Of a stretch of 64,000 nt of DNA, positions 57,238-64,000 are shown in pieces. The translations under genes and the position numbers were made by a program. How positions within the stretch are numbered: position 1 is the first letter of the stretch; every line of letters starts with the position of its first letter. The DNA lies in the IMG/VR virus record IMGVR_UViG_3300027255_000165; one strand, given 5' to 3'. The stretch comes from a virus. Taxonomy: Duplodnaviria; Caudoviricetes. Under the pieces are notes generated by a model. That model was not told the origin of the DNA and did not search any database. It worked only from the letters and a program-made list of their open reading frames with translations.

Positions 57238-57693
57238 TTACTTAACGATGTTATCTGCAGCGCTGATAGCGGGTAAGATATTAGGTTTAATCCTGGCTTT
57301 GATGCCAAGCGATTCAACGTATCCTTTTGCAGCTTGAACTAATTTGTTAGAACGGGTGGTTGGATCGGCGTTAAGATCTAAATCTATATTATCAACAATT
57401 ATGCCATTCTGTTGAAGGTGAAGAGCAACTTCAACAGAGCGTTCAACTTCACCCCATAAGCGAGCCCAAAAATCAAAGATTCTCGGAAAGGTTTCACGCT
57501 TATATAGGACGTGACAACCTGTATTACCAATGTGAAGAACGACGGTCGTTGCGTAAATGGTATTATCACCCTTATTTTGACTATCGCATCCTATATAAAG
57601 CTGGACGTTATCTTTACCCACGCTTTTAACATAAGTCCGGACGTAGTCTGCAATCTCGATTTCACTGCGATCAGTTAAGCGCTTAAAGTTCAT
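57238..57693 (-). CDS. RNase H-like protein (DUF458-type)
   Basis: LYIGCDSQ, TTVVLH, EVERS, DLDLN. Confidence 0.7.
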   Translation of the reverse strand: MNFKRLTDRSEIEIADYVRTYVKSVGKDNVQLYIGCDSQNKGDNTIYATTVVLHIGNTGCHVLYKRETFPRIFDFWARLWGEVERSVEVALHLQQNGIIVDNIDLDLNADPTTRSNKLVQAAKGYVESLGIKARIKPNILPAISAADNIVK

Positions 57694-57742
57694 ATAGTTA
57701 TTTATTTTGCCTTAATCGAGGTACTCAAAAAAGAGTATCTTA

Positions 57743-58423
57743 TTAGAAATTAGGTGAACCTTCTTTGGTGTACTTGTTAAAGTATTCTAGAATTTTATCA
57801 CGTGCTTCAACTGCACTGTCAACTACTCGAAAAAGATCCAAGTCTTTCTCGCTTACTCGACCTGAGGAAACAAGAGTTTCTTTGATCCAATCTATTAGAC
57901 CTCCCCAGAACTCTTTACCAACTAAAACAATAGGATACTTTATGTTATGGCCGGTTTGAACCAGTGTTAGAGCTTCAAACAATTCATCTAACGTACCTAA
58001 ACCTCCAGGGAATATAACGAATCCTTGTGAGTATTTAAGGAACATTACTTTACGTGTGAAGAAATAACGGTTCTCTACCCCATAGTCAACATACTTATTC
58101 ATGCCAGATTCAAATGGTAATTCAATACCAATACCAATTGATTTGGCATCCACTGTTTGAGCACCGTGATTTGCGGCAGCCATAATTCCTGGTCCACCGC
58201 CTGTGATGATTCCAAATCCTTCCGCTCCCATTAGCACTCCAAATTGCTTGGCTTCTTCGTACCATTTAGATCCCACCGATGTTCGAGCCGAACCGAATAC
58301 GGATACACAGGGTACGTCTAATTCATTAAAGGTATCAAATCCTTTGGTGAATTCACTTTGAATTCGAAGAATTTGCCAAGCATCAGTGGCTTTGTCATGT
58401 TTGTTCCAAGATGGATTATCCAT
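57743..58423 (-). CDS. LOG-family nucleotide phosphoribohydrolase (TIGR00730-like)
   Basis: VFGSART, TGGGPGIM, YFFTRK, PGGLGTLDE. Confidence 0.9.
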   Translation of the reverse strand: MDNPSWNKHDKATDAWQILRIQSEFTKGFDTFNELDVPCVSVFGSARTSVGSKWYEEAKQFGVLMGAEGFGIITGGGPGIMAAANHGAQTVDAKSIGIGIELPFESGMNKYVDYGVENRYFFTRKVMFLKYSQGFVIFPGGLGTLDELFEALTLVQTGHNIKYPIVLVGKEFWGGLIDWIKETLVSSGRVSEKDLDLFRVVDSAVEARDKILEYFNKYTKEGSPNF

Positions 58424-58475
58424 AGAGTAGAATTTAATTTAACTCTAGTTATATCACACGAAACCATTTTGTTTA

Positions 58476-58515
58476 TAAAGAAGAATGGGTCAACCTCTTC
58501 GAGATTGACCCATTC
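58476..58515 (-). terminator. intrinsic terminator downstream of the sugar kinase
   Basis: GAATGGGTCAA...TTGACCCATTC 11-bp stem followed by TTCTTTAT. Confidence 0.7.
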
Positions 58516-58605
58516 ATAGAGTGAACAAAATCATTGTAGTCTTTCAACCACTCTTAACACAAATTCAATTTATATATCCACTCTTTTGATTAACTTATCA
58601 CAGTA

Positions 58606-59361
58606 CTATTTTGGAACAGCCACTCCACGCTTGGTGACAACCATACCTGCCATCTCATTTCCATATCTAATGGCTTCTGAAGTATCTCCAGTCTCAACAA
58701 ACTTAAGAGTGAAGGCTGCCACAAACGTATCTCCTGCTCCACTGACGTCGATTGTTTCCTGTGGATTTTCAGAAGGATACGATTTACCATTATGATAAAC
58801 GCCTTTAGCGCCCAGGGTTACAATGAATTTCTCAGGATAAAGTGCCACTAGTTTCTTATTGTACTCGGCCTCTCCCTCGTTCAATTTAATAAATGTGAAA
58901 GCGTCAACTACTTCAACCGAAAGTTTCTTTTTGCTGTCTAACACTGATACGTGAGAATCCTTAGCAATCTTACAGATTGTCTTAATATCCATAAAGCCTT
59001 TATCATAATCGCTTACGATCGTAGCATCTGCATCATGTAAAAAGTCAACCACTTGATCTGGCATATCTTCAAAAACTAGAGGACTGATCTGTCCTTCACC
59101 TTCGTCTAATCGAACGAACATGTGATTAGACTTCTTTTCGATGAATCGAGTCTTTGTGATCTCTTCGTCCTGCCAAACGTGAAGAACCCGTGCATCTTCA
59201 TTCATCGCGTGAAGGTTTTCAACCACGTTACCGGCCATCCCTGGATTTTCAATCGTCTCTATAGGATTTAATACGGGTACAGGTGCTTCAGGACTTAATC
59301 TCTTAATCTCTGAATACACGAATCTGTCGGTGCATAGCTCACCGAATACTGCTACTTGCAT
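58606..59361 (-). CDS. HldE/RfaE domain I-like sugar-phosphate kinase (PfkB)
   Basis: RLSPEAPVPV, SDYDKG, TLGAKG, DVSGAGDTF. Confidence 0.88.
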   Translation of the reverse strand: MQVAVFGELCTDRFVYSEIKRLSPEAPVPVLNPIETIENPGMAGNVVENLHAMNEDARVLHVWQDEEITKTRFIEKKSNHMFVRLDEGEGQISPLVFEDMPDQVVDFLHDADATIVSDYDKGFMDIKTICKIAKDSHVSVLDSKKKLSVEVVDAFTFIKLNEGEAEYNKKLVALYPEKFIVTLGAKGVYHNGKSYPSENPQETIDVSGAGDTFVAAFTLKFVETGDTSEAIRYGNEMAGMVVTKRGVAVPK

Positions 59362-59803
59362 GGTTTATGATGTTTGTTGATGAATATCCTTCAATGCGGT
59401 CAAAGAAGACGAGCTTACCTGCATACTCTGATCCTATTACTCTCTTATTCTTATAATCAGATCCAACGATCATGACACTGGGCTTCCAATCTTTGATACA
59501 TTCAATTAACGTTTCATCACTATCGAATCCAACAACTGAATGAACGGCCTTAAGGTTAGAGATTACATAGGTTCGATCCTCCCAATTATTAACTGGTCTA
59601 TCTTCGCCTTTCAATTCTTTAACTCGACTATCTAAATCGATACCTACACGAACGTCGCCATATTGTGCCGCGAAGTTCATGAGTTCAACGTGTCCTCGAT
59701 GAATGACATCAAACGTGCCATTAACCCAAACACGAGGACGATTGGAACTCTTATTAGAATTCCAATCCTCGTCATTTAATCTCTTTAGAATGTCTTTGTT
59801 CAT
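59339..59803 (-). CDS. HldE/RfaE domain II-like sugar nucleotidyltransferase
   Basis: NGTFDVIHRGH (HxGH), KELKGEDRPVN, GSDY, YSST; start moved from 59827. Confidence 0.88.
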   Translation of the reverse strand: MNKDILKRLNDEDWNSNKSSNRPRVWVNGTFDVIHRGHVELMNFAAQYGDVRVGIDLDSRVKELKGEDRPVNNWEDRTYVISNLKAVHSVVGFDSDETLIECIKDWKPSVMIVGSDYKNKRVIGSEYAGKLVFFDRIEGYSSTNIINHASSSIR

Positions 59804-60189
59804 TTGGTTTGAGAATCTCCACGCCAAACTCGGTAAGAATCCGAATCGAAGTGTTGAGTAGATACTTCAAACACGGTACCATCTGTCAGGGCCTCCAATT
59901 GGTGAGGCTGACCAGGAAACTGACGAACTGAATCACCTACACGAAGCTTTTGTTCGTGAACTTCAGCGGTCTCAGTATCGATCCAACGATACAGGAATTC
60001 ACCTTCTTCTACATACCATGTCTCGTCTTTGATCATGTGGTAGTGCATAGAGAACATGCAACCCTTCTTAAAGACCAATAGCTTTCCACAGTACAGCTCA
60101 TTATTCACGAAGATAACTTCGTGACCCCATCCCTTTGGGACGTTACAACCTTCGCATTCAAGTGCGTTGATTACCTTTGGTTTTTCCAT
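59800..60189 (-). CDS. cupin, sugar isomerase-like
   Basis: KGWGHE, SMHYHMIKDETW, GQPHQL. Confidence 0.75.
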   Translation of the reverse strand: MEKPKVINALECEGCNVPKGWGHEVIFVNNELYCGKLLVFKKGCMFSMHYHMIKDETWYVEEGEFLYRWIDTETAEVHEQKLRVGDSVRQFPGQPHQLEALTDGTVFEVSTQHFDSDSYRVWRGDSQTK

Positions 60190-60446
60190 TACTTAAGAGT
60201 CATTTGAGTACATTTAGAACATAAAACGGCGGTTGAATCCATGTCAATCTTAACCCATTCTCCGCATGGCTCCTCACCTTCATAGTAATCGGCCCATCTC
60301 GATTGGGATAGATCTGAATTCATACAGATCATCATTTTTGATTTTGGATCATTAGCACAGGGCTTTGTCTTCCAATCTGTTTTGTTTTTAGCCATTATAT
60401 TTCTTTTATTATCAGGTGTTATATGAACGTACGTCATATTGTTCAC
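60189..60446 (-). CDS. Cys-rich hypothetical protein
   Basis: Several Cys incl. LCSKC. Confidence 0.5.
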   Translation of the reverse strand: MNNMTYVHITPDNKRNIMAKNKTDWKTKPCANDPKSKMMICMNSDLSQSRWADYYEGEEPCGEWVKIDMDSTAVLCSKCTQMTLK

Positions 60447-60697
60447 ATGTTAGTTCTTTCAATCTCGTCCCAGAATCCACGGACTATCTTAAAGACCAAC
60501 CAGGCGCTAGCAGTTAAGTCAGCTGCAATGATGCCAACAGCCCACCAGAATGACGGTCCTCCAAAAATCATTGATAAAATGACGCCGACTACCGCGGCAA
60601 CTCCAATCGACATAGTCAATGCGCCAATCATGCCAAAGATGATGGCAAGGTCAAGGAGTTGATTCTTTAGTTTGGTCTTCATAGGTATTATACTCAC
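60443..60697 (-). CDS. two-TM membrane protein
   Basis: Two long hydrophobic helices. Confidence 0.6.
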   Translation of the reverse strand: MSIIPMKTKLKNQLLDLAIIFGMIGALTMSIGVAAVVGVILSMIFGGPSFWWAVGIIAADLTASAWLVFKIVRGFWDEIERTNM

Positions 60698-60743
60698 GAT
60701 CTACTATTAGTTTCAGAAGTGTCTGATACTTCCCTCTAAGTCC

Positions 60744-60958
60744 TTCGGAAAAAATGAAAAAATGAAAAAAAGAAAAAAATGATTTTGTGAAAAACATAAA
60801 ATCATAAAATTAAAAAAAGAGAAAAACGCATTTTTCCAAGTGTCAAAGAATCAGAGCTACTCTGCCTTCTAATCTTCCAAGTAGAGGGAAAATTCCAAAT
60901 CAGTTCGGAAAAAAATGAAAAAACATAAAATTAAAAAATTAAAAAAACACATTTTTTC
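60744..60958. repeat. A-tract-rich imperfect direct repeats
   Basis: ttcggaaaaaa(a)tgaaaaaa...cataaaattaaaaaa...catttttt at about 60744-60835 and 60904-60958. Confidence 0.75.
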
Positions 60959-61028
60959 TATCCATCGAACTGCTACTTCGACCCATTTTTCGTATAGTGT
61001 TCTAGGACCTGTTGGTCCTTTAAGGCCC

Positions 61029-61358
61029 TTACAGTCTCGTAACGGGTTCCATCCAGTACCGGTCAATCTCGTGGCGGCCCGCAACCCAGCAGTGACCTGG
61101 CAGTCGTGACATATAAGCGGTCGGGTTTTGTACCGAGTCGTATAGTTGAACCCAGCCATCGTCCTGAGCCTGTGCGATGATCCAGCCCTTGCCAAGGTAT
61201 GACAGTTGGTTAGAGGCTCGATTACTTAGATCCCTGTTAGCAAACTTAACACTTGTTTCATAAGACTTCTCTAATTCCTGTAAGAATTGATAGACATCAT
61301 AAGGACCGATAGAGGTCGGCCCGCTCTGAGTAGTGTGATCGTGTAGTGGTTTAGTCAT
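61029..61358 (-). CDS. hypothetical protein
   Basis: 109 aa ORF, GATATAAT upstream; lies in an atypical region. Confidence 0.4.
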   Translation of the reverse strand: MTKPLHDHTTQSGPTSIGPYDVYQFLQELEKSYETSVKFANRDLSNRASNQLSYLGKGWIIAQAQDDGWVQLYDSVQNPTAYMSRLPGHCWVAGRHEIDRYWMEPVTRL

Positions 61359-61842
61359 GGGGTATCTTATTATATCGGCCGCCCACTATTGGGTACCAAG
61401 GTATTATAGTGTTAAGAGCTTCACTGTTTCAGGACGTGGTAGCGGGACGTCCTTCCAGGACCCCGGGGTTTTCGAGGCCCAGGGTACATTCGGCGGGCCG
61501 GTCCGCTCTGACGGTATCGGAGGTCTATTAGTCTTGTAAGGGTATACAGGTCGGCTCGTGGTAGTAGTGGATTCGTGTAGTATTATACTACCTCTAAGGC
61601 CAGGCTAAGGTCTCTTTTTTTGGGGTAGTGGAAGGGGCGGTCCGCTCTGAGGGCTCTAAGACCCGAAGGGTCGGGCCACGTGGGGTGGGACCAGGAGTTC
61701 TCACGCGGGGAACTGTATAGTGACCTATAGGACATTGTTGTCTTATAGTTGTATTATTACTACCTGTTTCTTTTGATTGAAGACATGCCCTCTGGTCCTG
61801 CCCTGAGACCCTCACACGAGACTCGCGTTCTTAATTTCCGCG

Positions 61843-61974
61843 TTAGTCTTCGATGACGGCGTAGGTCGAGGTCTCAGGCTGAGCTGCTAGGTGGCGCGCT
61901 AGGGCTTCGAGTGTGCCTTCGTACTGGTAGGTGGCTCCGGAGGCGGTGGTGATTTGGAAGAGTTGTGTGTCCAT
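61843..61974 (-). CDS. small hypothetical protein (43 aa)
   Basis: Manual translation MDTQLFQITTASGATYQYEGTLEALARHLAAQPETSTYAVIED; below the ORF track cutoff. Confidence 0.45.
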   Translation of the reverse strand: MDTQLFQITTASGATYQYEGTLEALARHLAAQPETSTYAVIED

Positions 61975-61985
61975 GTGTCTGGGGT

Positions 61986-62174
61986 TTATTTAATGAATTT
62001 CTTGGTTAGGTAGCCTAGGGTAAAGATACCCATGTACTTTAAGACTAGTAGGGGTTGGGTGAACATGACTAGTAGGGCTTTACAGCCTAGGGCTATAACT
62101 AGCGGTAGGACCAGGGTACCTAGGGCTAGGATGGCTATGGTGGCTAGGGCGGTGTAGAGGAGTTCTTTTGTCAT
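61986..62174 (-). CDS. small hydrophobic membrane protein
   Basis: 62 aa, two TM segments; promoter motif upstream. Confidence 0.55.
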   Translation of the reverse strand: MTKELLYTALATIAILALGTLVLPLVIALGCKALLVMFTQPLLVLKYMGIFTLGYLTKKFIK

Positions 62175-62197
62175 GGCTGTTGTTTAACTTATAGGGT

Positions 62198-62234
62198 TAA
62201 TATACTAAATTCCGGCGACCCGGTAAAACTTTTT
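62198..62234 (-). promoter_or_regulatory. putative early promoter (N12 family)
   Basis: aaaagttttaccgGGTC-N12-TATATTAA. Confidence 0.7.
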
Positions 62235-62242
62235 TAGGGTTT

Positions 62243-62665
62243 TTATTGGGCCACTGGGGTGTTCATGACATAGGCTTTCGAGGCCCAGCTGGCTGTGTTA
62301 CATGCCCTGTACTGTTGCCAGTTATAGAGATCAGTGTTGGAGAACAAGGAGTTAATGGTACCTACGGTTAAGTCAGCCAGGACGACTTCGTCGATCAGGT
62401 GAATCTTCTTACCTTGACGGGCAAATACAGTAAGGAAATGGTCACTACCGTCAAGCTGTACCTGTACTGTCTGTAGTGCACCTTTCTTAAATCCACTGAT
62501 CAAGCGCTCAGGGTTGCTATTATACCATTTAAGGTCAAAGTCGCGGCCATCTGAAATAGTCATAAAACCAGCACGTGACTTGGAGATGAAGCGAACACCA
62601 GTAATCTGGCGGCCTTTAATGAAATCTACAGTGTAGATGTTGGTGACGTTAATGAGGTTTTCCAT
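62243..62665 (-). CDS. hypothetical protein
   Basis: 140 aa; promoter motif upstream. Confidence 0.6.
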   Translation of the reverse strand: MENLINVTNIYTVDFIKGRQITGVRFISKSRAGFMTISDGRDFDLKWYNSNPERLISGFKKGALQTVQVQLDGSDHFLTVFARQGKKIHLIDEVVLADLTVGTINSLFSNTDLYNWQQYRACNTASWASKAYVMNTPVAQ

Positions 62666-62696
62666 GTTTTTGTCTATTAGTTATCTGGTTACTAAG

Positions 62697-62733
62697 TAAA
62701 TATAACCAAAAAAACTGAGATAAAAAAACTTTT
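62697..62733 (-). promoter_or_regulatory. putative early promoter (N12 family), divergent pair
   Basis: aaaagtttttttaTCTC-N12-TATATTTA. Confidence 0.65.
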
Positions 62734-62836
62734 GGCCAACTTTTTTTCTGAAACCTTCTTACGAGTACGGGTATAATAGTATATAGTAGGTTCACCTGTG
62801 GCCCCAGTAGTGAAAATAATTTGAAAAAAGTTTGCT

Positions 62837-62873
62837 AAAAGTTTTTCTGGGTCGCCGGAATTGGTTATATTTA
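62837..62873 (+). promoter_or_regulatory. putative early promoter (N12 family), divergent pair
   Basis: aaaagtttttctgGGTC-N12-TATATTTA. Confidence 0.7.
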
Positions 62874-62899
62874 TAGAGTAAAGTTAACCAATTAGCAAT

Positions 62900-63106
62900 A
62901 TGATTCTGATCCACGATTACAACGAGAGCCCTAAGAGCAGCAAGTACCCTAATGGCTACCAGCCCAAGATTGATTACTGGCAGTATAAAGCTAACGCTGC
63001 TATTAACCGCATTGATATTGAAGGTGCCCGGTTTGCACTTGACAAGTTAGAATACTTTGTGGGCCGTCAAGCCCTGGTTAATCAGCGTTTATCTAATCTT
63101 TATTAA
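62900..63106 (+). CDS. hypothetical protein
   Basis: First plus-strand gene; promoter motif upstream. Confidence 0.6.
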   Translation: MILIHDYNESPKSSKYPNGYQPKIDYWQYKANAAINRIDIEGARFALDKLEYFVGRQALVNQRLSNLY

Positions 63107-63107
63107 T

Positions 63108-63305
63108 ATGGCACTACAGAAGAAAGAATACCTTTACGGCTTCATTGGTGGAGGCTGGAACAGTGAATTGGCTAAGACTAAGCGAGGTGCTATTGCCCAA
63201 GCCAAGAAACGTTGGGCTGATAGTCCTGACCTGGTGATTGACAAAGCTTCTTTCCGGGTTAGTACTCCTCGTGACTACCAAAATTTAATGTCACTTTTTT
63301 ACTAA
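63108..63305 (+). CDS. hypothetical protein
   Basis: MALQKKEY start at 63108 within ORF 63057..63305. Confidence 0.55.
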   Translation: MALQKKEYLYGFIGGGWNSELAKTKRGAIAQAKKRWADSPDLVIDKASFRVSTPRDYQNLMSLFY

Positions 63306-63341
63306 AAAGTTTTACCAGGTCAAATTTTTGTTGTATATTAG
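63304..63341 (+). promoter_or_regulatory. putative early promoter (N12 family)
   Basis: aaaagttttaccaGGTC-N12-TATATTAG. Confidence 0.7.
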
Positions 63342-63366
63342 TACTATAATTAAAAGATCAAGCACT

Positions 63367-63585
63367 ATGAAACCTTTCAAAGACACTAAAGTATTCCAGA
63401 TCATCAAAGAGCGATGGGCTGGTAAAGATATGGAGACCTACTTCATTGAAAAGAACAAAGAGTTTATTGAGAGATTAAAGAATGAAGTTGCTTATCAAGC
63501 ACCAGATCACTTAACAGAGAAAGAAGAGAAGATCACATATTGTGGTATCTGCGGTGGTGATGCTTCACACTGTGATGGATGTTAA
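63367..63585 (+). CDS. hypothetical protein with a C-terminal Cys cluster
   Basis: MKPFK start; YCGICGGDASHCDGC. Confidence 0.55.
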   Translation: MKPFKDTKVFQIIKERWAGKDMETYFIEKNKEFIERLKNEVAYQAPDHLTEKEEKITYCGICGGDASHCDGC

Positions 63586-63603
63586 TAACTTTTTGCTAAA
63601 AAG

Positions 63604-63646
63604 TTTGACCCGGATTTTACCGGGTCAAATTTTTGTTGTATATTTA
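63604..63646 (+). promoter_or_regulatory. putative early promoter (N12 family) within a 10-bp inverted repeat
   Basis: tttgacccgg-atttta-ccgggtcaaa, then TATATTTA 12 nt after GGTC. Confidence 0.65.
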
Positions 63647-63672
63647 TAATGTAATTAAAAAATAAAGCTATC

Positions 63673-63882
63673 ATGACACAGAACGAAGTAATGACCAAGC
63701 TGATTAAGCAACTCGAACAAACAATCATCAACCAAAAAGGCATGATGAGCCCTGACGAGTACGATGGTTTCAAGATCGGTATGGAAATGGCAATTGCAAT
63801 CGTCGAACAAGATGGTTACATTGAAGACGAGAAGGTTGAAGTTACTTATGTAGAAGGAGACTTGAACAACATTAACCTTTAA
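63673..63882 (+). CDS. hypothetical protein
   Basis: 69 aa; promoter motif upstream. Confidence 0.6.
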   Translation: MTQNEVMTKLIKQLEQTIINQKGMMSPDEYDGFKIGMEMAIAIVEQDGYIEDEKVEVTYVEGDLNNINL

Positions 63883-63894
63883 CACCAAAGAGAA

Positions 63895-64000
63895 ATGAAA
63901 AACAAAATGGCAAAATTTAAGAAAGGCGACCGAGTTCGCTACATTAGAGAAGTTGGAGATGATGGTGTCGTGTCTGGAAGTTTGGGTACTGTAGATGAAA
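63895..64000 (+). CDS. hypothetical protein, partial (KOW/SH3-like start)
   Basis: MKNKMAKFKKGDRVRYIREVGDDG runs off the window. Confidence 0.45.
   Translation, partial: MKNKMAKFKKGDRVRYIREVGDDGVVSGSLGTVDE

Noticed and set aside
4137-60662. Numerous plus-strand ORFs in the ORF track (e.g. 4825..5208, 23265..23639, 29587..29898, 38646..38963, 53279..53785, 55346..55717)
   Set aside because: Antisense shadows of well-supported minus-strand genes, with no motifs or promoters
60869-61195. ORFs 60869..61195 (-) and 60915..61109 (+)
   Set aside because: Translations of low-complexity A-tract DNA (poly-K or poly-F runs); not credible proteins
60729-61700. CRISPR or mini-CRISPR array
   Set aside because: Repeats are short, degenerate and irregularly spaced, without a constant repeat-spacer period; no cas genes in the window
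1-64000. Stop-codon reassignment (TAG or TGA), as in some megaphages
   Set aside because: Long genes up to 1471 aa are intact under the standard code, coding density is high, and TGA and TAG terminate genes at sensible positions
1-64000. Introns, inteins, homing endonucleases or transposases
   Set aside because: No interrupted conserved genes, intein termini, or HNH, GIY-YIG, LAGLIDADG or DDE ORFs recognised by eye

Overview
A 64-kb segment of a large T4-like (myovirus-type) jumbo phage genome in the standard genetic code. The host is probably Bacteroidota (Flavobacteriia-like): ClpP, ClpC and S1 look Bacteroidota-type, and no Shine-Dalgarno motifs are apparent before start codons. Genes lie on the minus strand up to 62665 and switch to plus at a divergent promoter pair near 62.7-62.9 kb. 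Order along the window: replication/recombination genes (UvsW, UvsY-like, primase, gp32 SSB, RuvC-like); a long tail/baseplate/neck block (gp6-, gp25-, gp13-, gp5-, gp27- and gp53-like, collagen/collar fibre) with an amidoligase and a four-domain ribosomal protein S1 embedded in it; putative internal head proteins; small accessory genes (UvsE, nucleotidase, GATase, ATP-dependent ligase); a four-gene split Type ISP-like restriction-modification locus; ClpP with an N-domain-less ClpC; a thymidylate-synthase homologue carrying dCMP-hydroxymethylase signatures; LOG; and a split HldE-like kinase/nucleotidyltransferase plus cupin. A compositionally odd, largely non-coding region follows at 60.7-62 kb. 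Two promoter-like motif families were read from the DNA: GGTC-N12-TATATT (12 copies, accessory genes) and RATATATA (11 copies, mostly structural genes). All product calls come from motif recognition by eye; no database search was run.
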